The notes beneath the pieces were generated by a model. It was not told the DNA's origin, made no database searches, and saw only the letters and a list, made by a program, of their open reading frames with translations. From contig CM022670.1 of NCBI GenBank assembly GCA_012295275.1, positions 33,604,001 to 33,668,000 on the forward strand: a stretch of 64,000 nucleotides of DNA. The letters run 5' to 3'. The DNA is from Chrysomallon squamiferum. Lineage: Eukaryota; Animalia; Mollusca. Each line of letters begins with the position of its first letter. Positions within the stretch are counted from its first letter, which is position 1. Below, in pieces: positions 13,365 to 28,382 of the stretch. The position numbers and the translations under genes were made by a program.

Positions 13365-13530
13365 ATGGTCGACTAGCATCGTCGTCACTGTTCTGTGTGA
13401 GGCGAATGGGTCTTTACGTTCGAGTCTCGTCAGCGACATCTGAGGTCGTGACTGGACTTTGTCATCCTGTGACAATGCGTTCCCGAATATGCGGAGTCTA
13501 AGACGTACATATGCCAAAGAATATTCAATC
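13365..13530 (+). mobile_element. tRNA-derived SINE copy 2 (decayed)
   Basis: A-box-like TGGTCGACTAG and B-box GTTCGAGTC (13418-13426). It shares GAATGGGT..ACGTTCGARTCTCGTCAGCGAYATCTG..ACTTTGTCWTCCTG..TGCGTTCCC..GAGTCTA..GTACAT with copy 1. Confidence 0.75.
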
Positions 13531-14336
13531 ATAAAACATATATACATTTATATTATACAACATCCGTGAACTGCATACAAGAGGGCATTAGAATCTTTAT
13601 GTTTAGTGTTTACGCTTTAATGTTTAAAATGCTTAGATAATATTTGAACCTTAGAGTGAGTAAATCGGTGTTTAAGCATCAGTAAGATATAAATAAATTT
13701 TAAGAAGGAAAAGAAAAAGGTAACCTGAATATAAATGCAACGCATTGTTAAGATTGTTTCCAAACTTCAAATGATGAAATAACATTTATATTATAAGAAA
13801 TTAAATAACTACACTGACAAAATAGGACATAACGACGTTGGCAGCCTCCATAACGACGTAGGCGGTCAAAACATTTTCATCAAAAGTCGTATTTGTAGTT
13901 TATTTATTTCTTTCACTTTCACAGCGGTTTTAATGACTGCCACAAATAAATTTGCATTTTCTTATTTGTCCAGCTTTTTCACAGTGAGTCATGTAATTTG
14001 TAAAAAATGAATTAAATTAAAGTAGCGTTTATGTTAAACGATTAATGAAAAATTAAAAATTAAAAAAATAAATAAAAATAAAAATCCCAGAGAAAATATC
14101 AGAATGATATTTATTCGGCTTATATGTAAGTATCTGAACTTGTCTGAGAGAACAGCGCGCCTCCAGTAAATGTAAGCATAAATGAAGTTGTTTTCTGATA
14201 GACTGATATAAAACAATAACTATTTTTGGAATAATTTTCTTGGAATAAGAATCAAGGCAGAATCAGTAGGAGTCATAGCCTGAGAAACATATATATAGTA
14301 AGTATCACCAACACAAACACAGGCAACACACAAAAT

Positions 14337-14340
<4 letters not shown>

Positions 14341-14417
<77 letters not shown>
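14341..14417. repeat. (AG)n microsatellite
   Basis: Perfect tract. Confidence 0.98.
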
Positions 14418-14420
<3 letters not shown>

Positions 14421-14484
14421 CATGTGCTATCTAGCTCTATCGTTTTGTATGATATCGTATAGAAGTTCTTGTATCGTGTTGATA

Positions 14485-14715
14485 CTAATTTATGTTCTAA
14501 AGTCACAAAGAATGAACAATAAAAATAAATGGATACGTTTTTAAAAGGAATGATGCAATCTGATTTGAAATACGACATAATTTACAGCGTAAAACTTTAT
14601 ATAAATTTAGTGAAATAAAGTCAAGCAGTCATAACCTTTTGTTTTGATTTATACAGAAAATATCGACATGTTTGATATGACGCATACAACAAAGTGTAGT
14701 AATGATGTAACTTTT
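14485..14715 (+). repeat. Diverged direct repeat, copy A (partner at 16286-16580)
   Basis: TAATTTATGTTC..TCACAAAGAATGAAC..ATAAAAATAA..CGACATAATTTACAGC..AAACTTTA and AACCTTTT.TTTTGATTTATA..ATACAACAAAG occur in both copies in the same order. Confidence 0.85.
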
Positions 14716-16285
14716 AGCATAATAATAACTCAAACATAAAATACTTTGACATTTAAATTTGTCCGTATATTACAATTTTTTATTATTATTATTATTATTT
14801 TTTTTTTTTGGTCTGTGTATCTGTCAATCTTACTGTATTTAAAACATGATGTATTCGTTATAATGGTGATATTTTCATTTCCTCATTGAATAACCTATCC
14901 CTTCCCCTATAAATAACACCCAATCCACACACAGCTAGGCGGACGTACGCTGGAATTTCGTGGAAAACGTGAAATCCTCGAACATTCTCAGTGACAAAAG
15001 CTGTAAACATTCCCCACAGGTCTTAAGAAAATAGCCATAACGGTTGTTAACACAGGTCCATACAGACCAGATGTAATTACTGCTTCGTAAAGACAGAGAT
15101 AACACCAGTCCCCGATGTGTGTGCGTGATATATTTGAAATACCTGTTAATAGCAATGTCCCGGCGTGAGGTATTTTAATTTTTGTATTTACATAAAGGAT
15201 GTGGGTAAATAAATGTTAGGTCTGTGTTAAATATGTTCGAACTTGCGTGTATTTAATAACACAACTTTTTTTATATCAGTTTGTTCACAAGAAATATAAG
15301 TAATACACATAAATACCAAAATATTCACACATCAGGATTGCGTGGATTCATCTATGCAAGTATACATGATACATACTTAGAGACAAAGAAACAAACAGAT
15401 ATACATACACATATACACACCCACGTTCATATTATACATGCATACATACATATAAACATATATGCATAATATTGCATACCTACATATATATATATATACA
15501 AACACACATACAGTGTATATTAGAAATTAACAGCAAATAGATGACAATATTTGGCGCTGATTTTGATAGGAGGTCTCCTTGTTTAATTATAACACAAAGA
15601 GAAGAGAAATCTGATATTCCACTGGCTAATATTATCAATCAAAAGGAAGGAACATTATTTACAAAGACATGAAAAGACATATCAAGTCCTAAGGTAAACC
15701 AGTTGGAACGTCATATAAATGAAAGCTCCCATGACCAGAACTACATCCCATTCCAGAAAATATTATATATAAATATCAAGAAATCTTACATTCGCACTGG
15801 TCTAATAAACATGAAAACAAATCGTTTAATAGTTTCGTACAACATTTTTCTTAACAAGTGTGTTTTTAGTTTTATTTCTCTTCTGACGCCAGCTACCTCA
15901 ATTATCATAGATGCGACGTATAAAACAGTCGTTTATCGTGTTTGACGACAACACTGCAGAACATAATCCTACATGCGTTCTGGCGTCAGTATTCAAAATT
16001 ATTCTTCATTAATATTACGTTTCTGTTTATGCTTAAATTAGGGTCAAATGTGATGTCTGTGCATAAACAACTGCACACAGTTTCGTCAGAATAAAACCGG
16101 ATCAGTGCTTTTCCTTTTCTCAGCTTTGATACGTAATTCTGAGATGTTTTTGCGATGTTTTGGGGCTGCACCTCAGAGACAACGAGACAAACTCAAATAT
16201 AACAGGTCGCAGGTTCTACCCTTCGCACCGCGTCCACTGAAAAAATTCCCATTCTTCCAGCGGCTGTCTGTTGTTACAATAATTA

Positions 16286-16580
16286 TAATTTATGTTCCTA
16301 ACTCACAAAGAATGAACTATAAAAATAATTAGATATTTTTTTAAAAAGGAATAATGGAATTTGATTTAGAAGCGACATAATTTACAGCATGAAACTTTAC
16401 TAAAATACTTTCTAATAGCCATAAGGCTAAATAATAACCACTCCAAAATATATACATGCATTCTATAGATACACACACACACAAGCGCACGCACGGGCAC
16501 GTACATTCAAAACCTTTTATTTTGATTTATATTGAAAATATTTAGATGGATACAACAAAGCCAAGTTAGGATGTTATTTT
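16286..16580 (+). repeat. Diverged direct repeat, copy B, with an internal insertion containing (CA)n
   Basis: Colinear with 14485-14715 apart from extra sequence at about 16405-16510. Confidence 0.85.
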
Positions 16581-17339
16581 TTTTTTTAATACTGAAATGT
16601 TTTGTCTGTTTTATTTATCAAAAAAAAAAAAAAAAAAAAAAAAAGAAAATCCTTATCTAATAATCGTAAAAAACTATCTTTATGGCTGAAGGTATCTCCA
16701 TTCGTTTTATTTTTATAACAGAAACCATATGTTAGATAGATATAACCGTTACTGATAAAATACAGTATCGTATTAAAAATGTTTTCATTGTTTCGTTCCG
16801 TTAAAATAAGATCATAATTTATTTTTATTATTTTCTTTTCGTGTTTTTTTATTATTAAGATCATAATTTATTTTTATTATTTTCTTTCTTTTTTTTTTAG
16901 TTATTTTATTTTATTTTATATTTTTTTTTGTATTTGTATTTTGAGGGGTTTTTTTGTTTTTAAATTGGGATGTGTTTGTAAATATTCATTATTCAGACGC
17001 TGTGTGACACTAGGGTTCACTGGTGTCAGGTTACAACTCTAAAATTGTCGAGATTAAGCAATAACGTAGGTGTGCAATTTATTTCAACGATGCCCATTAA
17101 CTCGGGTGGCATATTGATCTGTGTATCGCGGTAATCCCGTCCCACAATAAATGCAGATTGTGTGGATATCCCCTCTCCAGTCCACCACACATGTACACTA
17201 TTAGCATTCAACAATCAAAGCGGTATTACGAAACATTCCATGCATGTCGCGGGTGCCTGGGTAGTGTCGGTTAATAACCTGCTTGTAACACTGTGAGAGG
17301 AAATCCAACAGTAGAGCAATTTTAAGTGTCTGCGAATTA

Positions 17340-17378
17340 CTAGTAACAACAAATGTAGTAATAGTAATAATAGTAATA

Positions 17379-17415
<37 letters not shown>

Positions 17416-17416
17416 A

Positions 17417-17465
<49 letters not shown>

Positions 17466-17500
17466 TTGTTATGGTTGTTGTTGCTGTTGTTAATATTATT
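17340..17500. repeat. (AAT)n microsatellite with degenerate flanks
   Basis: Directly visible. Confidence 0.95.
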
Positions 17501-17628
17501 ATGAAGTCGTTATAAGGCTTTGCACTCATATGTCACTGTGGTATTGACTAGAATATTGTCTTTGTGCAGTCTAATGAGACGTACCCAAGACTATACAATA
17601 CTCACTCCGAAGATACACCATTATTATA

Positions 17629-17680
<52 letters not shown>
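17629..17680. repeat. (CA)n microsatellite
   Basis: Perfect tract. Confidence 0.97.
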
Positions 17681-17683
<3 letters not shown>

Positions 17684-18139
17684 ACACACACACGTGCACA
17701 CACGCATATATAAACGAAAAAAGAAAAAGAAGAAAAAAAAATGAAAGAAAAGAAGTTCTTTGTAGAAATAAATAAATAAAATAAAATGAAATTTAGAAAA
17801 CAAAAAAAAAAGACAAGAAAAAAAGAAGGTAAAAAGAAATACAGCTGGAATAGGATGTAACTCGAATCATTTCAAGTCATTTTATTGTAACAAATGAGCC
17901 AACAAATCTGTTAAACGTAGAATGAGATAAATGGTAAAAACGTACAAGGTTAATCGGTAGATCCATAAATCTTCAGAAAGGGAAACACCACTTCAGTCAT
18001 TACATTACAGTTTAATTCTAAAACTGCGAAATTAACCATTTAGAATTTTTTTTATGACGGCTGTGAAGTTTATGTTAACACCTGCAAAGGTAATTAATTG
18101 ATTAAATTCTATCGTTTTGTTGTTCATACAGCTTTATTT

Positions 18140-18175
<36 letters not shown>

Positions 18176-20282
18176 CTTGTTGTTTGTTTGTTTTGGTTTA
18201 AACTCACATGTGAAAATAATTTAACGTATATCATTATGTTGTTATATATATTTTATTAACTAATTTCTCTTTCTTTCATTTCTTTTCTTCTATATATTTT
18301 TTTAAATTTTTTTTAATTGTATTTTATTTCATTTCATTTTATTTATGTAAAGGAATGGTATACATGTTAGAAGAAAATATCTTTGTTGGTATCTTGTTAA
18401 ATTTAAATGTACCAATTAGAATTTTCCCAGCTAGCAATGACAATAACTAAGACCATAATGTTACATCTTTATTATCAAATAAAATTTAAACTGAATTAAT
18501 GAGAAGGCTTGATAGCTGAAAGCTGCAAGACTGCATATTTTCGAGCCCATAAAAAGTGGGTCAACAAGAACAGCAACAATCAAAACAACAACAACAACCA
18601 GAAAAAAAAAAAAAAAAAAATCACTGGTAAAAAACAACAACAAGAAAATGATGATGATGAGAAAGCAGTAGCAGCAACGGTAGTGACAACAACAACTACA
18701 AGTACAACAATAACAACTTCAGCAACAACAATTACAGCAATAACAACAACAACAACAACAACTATAATATTAAGAAAGAAAGAAAGAAAGAATGAATGGA
18801 GAAAGAAAGAATGAAAAAACGAAAAAAAAAGAAATAATTATAATTCAGTTATATCATAATAAATGTCAAAAAAGAATTTCATTTCTATGCAAGAAAAACA
18901 AAGAATAATAATTATATATAATTATATAACACGATATTTTTCAAACTCAGATCTGAAACGCTAAAACAACCTACATACCAATATCATTAAACAGTCAAAC
19001 CAGTCTCATTCAATCTTCATTTTCTTTCTCTCGTCAGAATCGCTTTGACATTCTTAAGCACACTTCGGCTGTTACAGCAAAGGCAACTTTATTTCAGAAT
19101 TCTCAGTCTCTCTCAACCATTTCAGATTACTTCATTTGGTAACGCTTTGTTTTTCATCTTCTCTCAACTCATTTTCTGCTGCCTGTAGTGTGAATCCACG
19201 TGCGAAATACTGACCCTACAAGCTGGACGCTTTTATTTTAAGACTAACTTGATGTCGTCAGTAATTAAAGGGAAGTCCTTTCCTGGTTTCATGAAATGTA
19301 TAAGCAGAGCATAAGATTATATAAATTGGATATGTGTCTTGGATATTAAATTCAAAGCCGTGTGTTGTGTTTGACGCTCTGTGTTAATACTAAACGCAAG
19401 CGTGTGGTATTGTTCAGTAAGTTATTTTAAAAAGTCAAGTTGTTTAGTGTGGACGAAAGAATTATGACTGGTAGCAAATACAACATTATTTATTTTTAAG
19501 TTTTTTTGTGTTCAGCTGTTTTCCATTACAAGTAAGATAATGCGTGTTTATTTATTTTTAGAAGGGAATGTACTTTAATGTGTGAGACAGCAATTTAATA
19601 AATTACATTTAAAGTGCAAAGACGATCCTACATTAAAATAAGTAGAATAATATTAATTACTTTTTTTTTTTTTTTAATTTTAGGGACGTGTTAATGCGAA
19701 AAATTTTGTGGGACATTGTCAACTAATAACTAATTTAAAAAACAACAACAAACAAAAACAAAAAAACAACAAAAAAAAAAACAACAATAAAACAACAACA
19801 AAACCCCCTAAAAAAAAAAACAACAACAAAAACAACAAAACTGGCACTTTATTAATGAAAGAAAGATAATTGTCACAATATACCAAATGAAAAAAAAAAA
19901 AAAAAAAAAAAAAACGATTTGCATAACATAAACACGGGCAGCAATTTGGTTTAGTTTGGAATACTGTAAAAACAAAACCGTTAATATGAATGAACATTAT
20001 GGAAACATCAGTATAATTTAAAATTAAAGCTTTTGATGTCATCAAAGTTTCGTGTATAATGAAAGAGAAACGAAACTTGATATCACCAGTCTGCAGTTAC
20101 CGATTAGTTCCTCTAATAGTCAGGACGGCACATACCATAACCTTTGATTAAAAAAACACATCACAGTTTCGCTGAAACTCAAAATAGCCTGCGATACGCA
20201 TTACAAAATAACATATCCTATAAACTACCCTTGCTTCTCAAATAACCATACTTATGCAATAAAAAAAAAAAACAAAAATAAC

Positions 20283-20319
<37 letters not shown>

Positions 20320-20399
20320 GGTTCAAGATTATTTTTTAATATTTGAAAATGATCTAGCTATTAGAGAAAAACAAACAAACAAACAGATAAATAAACAAA

Positions 20400-20438
<39 letters not shown>

Positions 20439-20789
20439 ACATAATTTTCCTAACCCTTCTGTATTTTCTGAAGGTCAATGGGAACGTAAATGAAATCTCG
20501 CGTGAATTTTCGATTTCTGCATCTGAACGTTTCAATTATCGTGACAAATCCTACTTCGTTATCGTTTCAATTTTTCACATATTCGTTGTCGCGTTAAATT
20601 TGATTTGTTGCTAAGTAACGTCGCGGACACCTCCAGATCACAGCCATTGCTTGCAAATGTTAATGAAGCTATGTTGCAAAGCTTTTGTGCTTAGGAATAA
20701 TCTATGTTGTTTTTATAAACCGACTGAAACTGTGTCATATATTATATTTGTACAGTGTTACATCATTTGTGGTTAATTATGGTTTCACG

Positions 20790-21085
20790 TTATTGCTAAT
20801 GTAATTATTGCTGTTGCTGTTATTATTATTATTGTTGTTGTTGTTGTTGTTGTTATTATTATTATTATTATTATTGTTGTTGTTGTTGTTGTTGTTAATG
20901 TCATCATCTTCATCATTATCATCGTCATCGTCATTATTATTATTATTATTACTGTACTACTGGTGGTAGGAGTAGTAACTATTAGTAGTAATATAAGTAA
21001 TAGTAGTAGTAGTAGTAGTAGTAGTAGTAGCAAAAATAGTAGTAATAATAGCAGTGGTAGTAGTGATAGACGTAATAGTAATTTC
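20790..21085. repeat. Compound (ATT)/(GTT)/(ATC)/(AGT) trinucleotide domain
   Basis: In-phase degenerate triplet repeats. Confidence 0.93.
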
Positions 21086-21188
21086 AATCGAAAATTTGTT
21101 TGGAAATATTAATCATGAAAAGGAGTTCAATTCAGATTTTATCTACACTGTTTAAAGAAATTAACATTTCTACATATTATTATATGCA

Positions 21189-21368
21189 CAGTCAATTTCC
21201 CTCAAAACTGGACCTTGGGCAAACCAGAATTCCTCACAAACCTAAGTTAATGTTGTCCTTTGATTTACGTGCCTTTTAATATTGAAACCTCTATAATCCA
21301 CAAAACCCCTTCAGACTTTTTTTTTTTTTTTTTGTCTCGGTGTTTTTCGGTTTGGAGAAGTTTCACTG
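21189..21368. mobile_element. Decayed pogo/Tigger-like MITE (~180 bp)
   Basis: Left end CAGTCAATTTCCCTCAAAACTGG. The right end reads CAGTGAAACTTCTCCAAACCGA in reverse complement and is followed by TA. There is an internal TIR-like subrepeat GAAACCTCTATAATCC. CAGT termini with a TA target site are typical of pogo/Tigger elements. Confidence 0.6.
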
Positions 21369-24149
21369 TATATTAATTTGTATACGTGCGTTACGTGATT
21401 ATGTTTTAATACTTTCATATTTGCATTTATTTATATGTACTTATACACCCCTGAAATTGCCTTAGGCAGAAGGCAATGGCCATGGATATTACCTCTGTGT
21501 TGTTTAATTATTTTTTCCACGACAATATTTCACAACATGAAAAATATGAATTATAATGTAGCCGTGCAAAATGCTGACACTTTTTTTTTCATGAACTTTT
21601 AAAATATATTTTATACGTATAACAGGTGTTTCGTTTTGATAATTGCAATTCCTAATTATTTTATTTTTATTTTTTATTTTTATGCCCTTTTTAATTTCCA
21701 CATATTATTTCAAAGAAATATCTACAAATATAGATTATTTATTTATTTATTTATTTTATTTTTTTTTTTATTTTTTGTTTATTTATTTATTATTAGTTTT
21801 GTTTTATTTGTTTTATTTTTGCTTTATTTTTATTTTTAAAATTATTTTTATTTTTTTGTTTTATTTGTTTTTTTTTAGAGAATATTGAGTTTTAATTTTC
21901 TATGTTTTAAATGTTTTAAATATATTTTTGTAACTATGATACACTTACTTTATTATTTAAACTATAGAACTTTAATAGTTTGTAGAGATAAATATACAAT
22001 GTATGTATATGTATATGTATGTATGTACATATATATATAAAACTACATTATATATACATGCATACATATATATATATATATATGTATGTATGTATGTATG
22101 TATTTATATATATATATATGTATGTATGTACATACGTGTGTGTATGTGTGTATGTGCAGTGATGTTAATAATATATATACATATGTACGTACATGAATAA
22201 AAACACAAAAATACACGTACACAACACAGTGGGTAGCATGCTCCTCGAAATGAAAACATTTCGCAGATTAATATCCCTAACACCGCTTTTTCCAATTCTG
22301 GCTAGTGTTCTAATGTCGGTTTAGTAAAGGTCATTGAAATGCTTTTGAAAGATTCGTTGTTGTCAGTTGACAAAAATGGCGAGTTTCCTCTTTTAATTGA
22401 TTATGGTAATAAGAAAATATATAAAAAAATATAATAAGCGTTAATATTAAAATGGGTTAAATTTATTTTTAAAATATCCCTTTGACGTAATCTTGGCAAT
22501 TAAAATATATAAAAAAATAATTAATTTAATAAAAATAATAATAATAATGATGATAGGAAAAATAATAATAAGAAGAAAGAATGGTTGAGCATTTGTAGGA
22601 TAAAGCAATAATAAAACATATAGATTGGACATCAGTTCAATTTTTTTTTTTTTTTAAAACCTATTATTACTGTTTTCATTTAATAAATACAACAACAATG
22701 CACCGAGATTTAAAATCAATTGTCGGTAATGAACAAAGACTTTTTTAGACGTCCTTGATAACATGCACATGTAAATTAAGTAGCTTTTATAAAAATAAAG
22801 TTATTACCTTGAAATGTACGATAATAAACATTGCTAAGGAACATAAGTATACTTCAGGGGAAACCGAAGTCAAACAGGAAGTCGTTCTTTAGCGTTTGTT
22901 ATTATATCAGCCTGAACACTTCGTCAGTTTTCATCTTATAAATCTTGTTTTGCTCCAATTTCACTTATTTGTTTGCTATTTCGGATTTATTATTTCCGTT
23001 TGCTGCATAAATTGGTTTTTGTTTTCTTCAATTTCCTTAACCAACCCACACACGATTTTATCCATTGCGGCATTACTTATTGCAGGTATTGCCTTCAGGT
23101 ATATAAAAATGGGTAACGTATCGACCTTGTAGCTGAAGTTCCTCAATTAAGGCCACCTACACAATGACGTGTTTATCAGCGTAGAAGGGATATAAAAAAA
23201 GTCGAGATAGCTGAGATAACATACTGAACTCAGAAAATTGGAGATGTCTGATAAAATAATTCCTGGGTTTTATTTTTAAATCGGAAAAGTGACTAAGTGT
23301 TGAAAGCTGTTTGTCATGAATCAAGGATTTAATTTTCTGTTTACAGATACTGATGTGCTACCAATGTTTTTTTTTTTGTTGTTGTTGTTTTTTACTCAGC
23401 CTTAGAGACAGAGATACAAACAAACATTAATACATATAAATAGTCAGCCTGGAAGGATAAACACATAGAAACGTGAATATATATTTAAATAGATGAATAG
23501 AAAAATAGACTGACAGAGACGGACATCATACAAAGATAGATAGACAGACAGAGAGACAGAGAGATGGATAGATACACAGACAGCACAAGAAAAATGCACA
23601 GGATGAATATTCGTAGCCAGAATGATGGAAATGGAAATTAAAATAAAAGTTTAACAAAGAAATATCAATTTTATCCCAATAACAGTAAAATGAAATTATA
23701 TGTTCCATAATCTTCATATTATTAATTTAGTGCTTAAAAGTTGTATTTAACTAAAAACAGTTATCATCTAAAAATTATACAGCAGCCGTTTGACATGTAA
23801 TAATAAAATAATGAAATGTGAACAACGATTTAACAAAATACAGTTATTAATTTAAACATTTCTGAACTGGGAAGTAGAATATTTCTGGTCTCCTCTGATT
23901 ATGCTAAAACTGGCTTCATTTCTAGCAAATGTAAAAGTTACTTAATTCATTTTATTACCATTTAAAAAAAAATTCTAATTTTGATGTTTCAAGACGTGTA
24001 TTTCATAAATTCTCAGTGAATTTTCAAAATTATTCGGAACACATTAAAATGAGAGAATATTAGAAGAGAATATGGTATGGCCCTCCTCAATTTTTAACAT
24101 TTTTATATATTTATAAAGAAAGGTTCACATTCACTAAAGCAGTGACACA

Positions 24150-24185
24150 GCCCCTCTCCTTTCTAAAATCATGTGTTCGCCCCTG
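24150..24185. mobile_element. Possible right end of a PIF/Harbinger-type non-autonomous element
   Basis: CCCCTCTCCTTTCTAAAATCATGTGTTCGCCCCTG resembles the ...GGATCCGCCCCTG ends of such elements (from memory). No matching left end was seen. Confidence 0.3.
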
Positions 24186-24515
24186 TTTATAAATTCTTCT
24201 GTATAATTATGGATATACGATGTCTATTTTTGAACAGAGCGAAGTACTACAAAAGCAGTCTGGACTGAACCTCTTGACAAATGAAAAGTAATCTTACTCG
24301 TGAGATAAAATGGATAATGAACTGTAGCTCATTTATTTCTCGCTATTTAATAAACTGCTACTTTCTGTGAATTATACGTGTAACGCAGTTAGCTGGCTGC
24401 GGTGGATGAACCTCAGATGAAAGTAATGCACTGACAAGTGAAATTACACTGAAATGCTTTTAGTATTTCTCATTTCTCTTATTACGTTATCCAACATCTC
24501 TCTCTCTCTCTCTCC

Positions 24516-24590
<75 letters not shown>

Positions 24591-25515
24591 GTCTATCTAT
24601 CTATATATTGTATATCTAAATTCAGTTTTGAAAATTAAATTTCAGTGTAATCTTGGCAGTTAATTATTACTGGTAAACAAAAACTAATATTACTGACTGT
24701 AACTCACGTGAATTTTTCTAAACACGTAGTTAGTAAACAATGCGATCTTCGATTCAACATTCTTGGCTTTCATTCTTCAGATTAAACAAATTGTTTCATT
24801 TTCAGGACACCAACGTGGGTTTTCAATGAAAGAAACTAAGACACAAAAGAATTTCAAACACCTTTTTTATTTTTTTATATATTACTATTATTTCTTTTCT
24901 TCCTTCATAAACAAAAAACCTAACTACATCTGAACCACACAGAAAGAACTTTTCAGTTTGTAAATAAAATTTAATATCAACAAAGCTATTTTAGACGGCA
25001 AGTTTGACATCACAAAACAAATTGTCGAGAAGCAAAAAAAAAATAATAACAACAATGACAGCAGCAGCGAAACAAACTACATCTTCGGGCAACCACGTGG
25101 GCGAATTCTGTATTAAGATAATATATTTGATTAAATTTCGAGTAATCTCTGATTAAGGTGTCATCAAATTTAGGACACAAGCCAAGAACTGACTTTCAGA
25201 GAGATATTTCTAGACAGAAGTTAGCAGATTCTCTCTCGGTTCTGTAATTATTGTCGTTGAGGGTTGAGTGAGGTGGGCGTCTGGCGCACAGGACACAATT
25301 TAATAATAATAATAAACTAGATCATATCAAGTGAATAATGATACCACCGAATTACGTTACCAACGTGGATGATGACGTTGGGAAGGCTGTTGTTGTTCCT
25401 TTGTGTCTCTTTGCCTTTATTTAGTCTATTTTTTGTTCCTTATTAATTTTCCCTCCTGTTGTTTCCTTTTTCGTTGTTATTGTCGCTTGTTTTTCTCTTT
25501 CTCTCACCCTTTCGT

Positions 25516-25625
<110 letters not shown>

Positions 25626-28301
25626 CTTTTTATTTATTTGTATTCCAAAATAACAAAATCTGAAATACCTGTAAAAAGTTAGCTTTTTAAAAATAAAAAG
25701 ATTATTAATAATTTAATATATACATATATACATACATACACATACACACGATACATACACATACACGATACACACACATACACACGTACACATGCACACG
25801 TATATAGTAATTTATGCATCTACAGGCAAAGTAAGATTAGAAGGTTCACTTGATGAAACTTTCTACCGCTGGTATACATCTCTTTGTTTAATTAAGTATG
25901 TTTTACACGAAATAACTGTTGTAGTTTATAACGTTTAATATCAGTTTCTATAATTACTGTAAACCTTAAGAAATTTATTATTTAACTGTTACACTTTTGA
26001 AATATTAAAATTATAGGGCAATGCATGTGCTTTGGTCGAATTACCCCTACCCTCTTATAAACGAAGAGCAGATCTTTCCTATAATTTCAAACATAGGCAC
26101 CAAGGCAACTATCTTGTTGTTTCTAGGATAAGACCTCAGCATATATCGTTAAGTACCGCTAGAACTTTCTGTTTGTCACTGTATATAAAAAGAGTTAACT
26201 GTGTAGTTTAAAGATATCATTTGTTATCACTGATTATTATTATCATCTGTTAAAAAAAAAAAAAATTATAATGAATTAAAATAAAATAAAATAACTATTA
26301 TTTTTCTACTTCTTCTTTTTCTTCATCATCATCATCATCATCATCATCTTCTTCTTCTTCTTCTTCTCATTATTATTTTTATTATTATTATTATTATTAC
26401 AAGAAGTGGAAACAAAACTAATACCCTTAGAACGAGGCGTGGCTGATTTTCCGTATGATGCAATAATCTGAGGACTTAAAACGGCGGATACTAATGCTGC
26501 CTGTGACAGAAGGGTTTGTAACCAAGCTAACCTTTGACCGATCACATCATACGTTGTCAGAAAAACGTACAGAATGCTGTAAATGTGTCGCAATGAACGT
26601 ATACACCTGAAGCGTTCAGCGTAGAGTGGATATATTACGGTATGCTTTTCCTTCAGAAGGTGATTGCGTTTATTGTTTATATTTCATGTATAATTCATGT
26701 TATTTCTTCTTAAATGACACTGTTAAGATATTCAGGTATTTATATTTGTGTTATATGGCGTGTGCGATACTAGTAGATCTAAACAGAATGAATTAAAGAC
26801 ATTATAGTGATAGAAATAGAGACACACATTGAAACAACGAGAGAGAGAGAGATAGATAGAGAGAGAGAGAAAGGGAGAGGGGGGAGAGAGAGAGGGGGAG
26901 GGAGAAAATGAGAGACAAAACGAGAGAGACAGAGACAGACAGACAGACAGGACAGGCAGGCAGAATACAGAATATACTTTAAACGATACATTCAAATTCA
27001 AATTTTTAGCTGTCAAACATCAGAGTGTGTGTTTCATTTGTAGATGATGCTGCTCCTGTATTAACAGCAAAATATCTTTTATAAGTACCCCTATTAGACG
27101 AAAGGGCAAAAATTAGTTTTGATAGTGGCTAGTTTTGTTGTTGTTTTTTATTTTTATTTTTATTTATATATATATATATATATTTTTTTTCTTTCCATTT
27201 CTGTAAAAATTTAAATTCAACACTTCCTAACATACATAATCATTTAATTTAATTTCATATTTTCCTAACAGAAAAAAAAAAAAAAAAAAAAAAAAAAATC
27301 TCACACAAATGGGTGAATGTTTTGAAAACATATTTTTAATGAATACTTATACTGAAACAAAAAAAAACATTAAAAATAAAAGCTAACATATTTTATGAAT
27401 TCACGCCCTCTATATCAGTAACAAGATATATTTACATAAATAAAAGGCGTTTGTCACCTGAATCGTAAATGAGTCGCTTTTATTCCGTGTGACTTGCGCT
27501 TCTCTTTTAATTTATTCTCTTTTAACAGCATAATGTTCAAGGGAGTCATTCATGTACTGGTGGAAATGATGAAAACGCGGAGGTATTTTTCTAACCGTAA
27601 TTCAGATATCTCACCACGTACTCAGATAACAGAGAGGTTGAAGTTAAACAAGAGATTATCAGTCACACATAGATTTATATAGGAAGGTTATAGAGAATCC
27701 GTTAACCAGATAAAAGATACTAAAATAAGGTTGTTTTTAATTTTTGTTAGATTATATAAAAAAGAAACCAGTTGTTGACTATTCATCTCTGTTTCCCTAT
27801 TTGTGTGACTATCTATATTGTGTGACTATATTTTCCCATCTATCTCTTTATCTCTTTAAATATATATTTATCTATCTATCTATTTATCTGTCTGTCAGTC
27901 TCTGCCTTTCTGTTTATATCAGTCTATCTACCTACATATCGATTATTTATTTATTTTCAATAAAACTGATTTTAGGAGGGATTAAAAAGAAATATTGTAA
28001 TGATTTGTCTTTCACCAAATGGTACTGTTATGGTACGGAGACCTCAGAAAAGAGAAAAACCCAGAATAATCACAGAATGATTTCAGAAGGGAGGAATACG
28101 TTAAGTCGCAATAAAAAGGAATAAACTCTGATAAAAGAGTCAAGCCAACTATATAAACTGAAAACAAAAGACAGCTTTTGTTTGTTGTTGTTTTTTTTTT
28201 TTTTTTTTTTTTTTTAAATGTTCAGCACTTGAAAACTATTTCAGAAAATCAGTTCTTTAGATAACAGCAACAGAAACTTTTCTTATAATCTTTCTCTTTC
28301 G

Positions 28302-28312
<11 letters not shown>

Positions 28313-28378
<66 letters not shown>
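28313..28378. repeat. (CT)n microsatellite
   Basis: Perfect tract. Confidence 0.97.
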
Positions 28379-28382
<4 letters not shown>

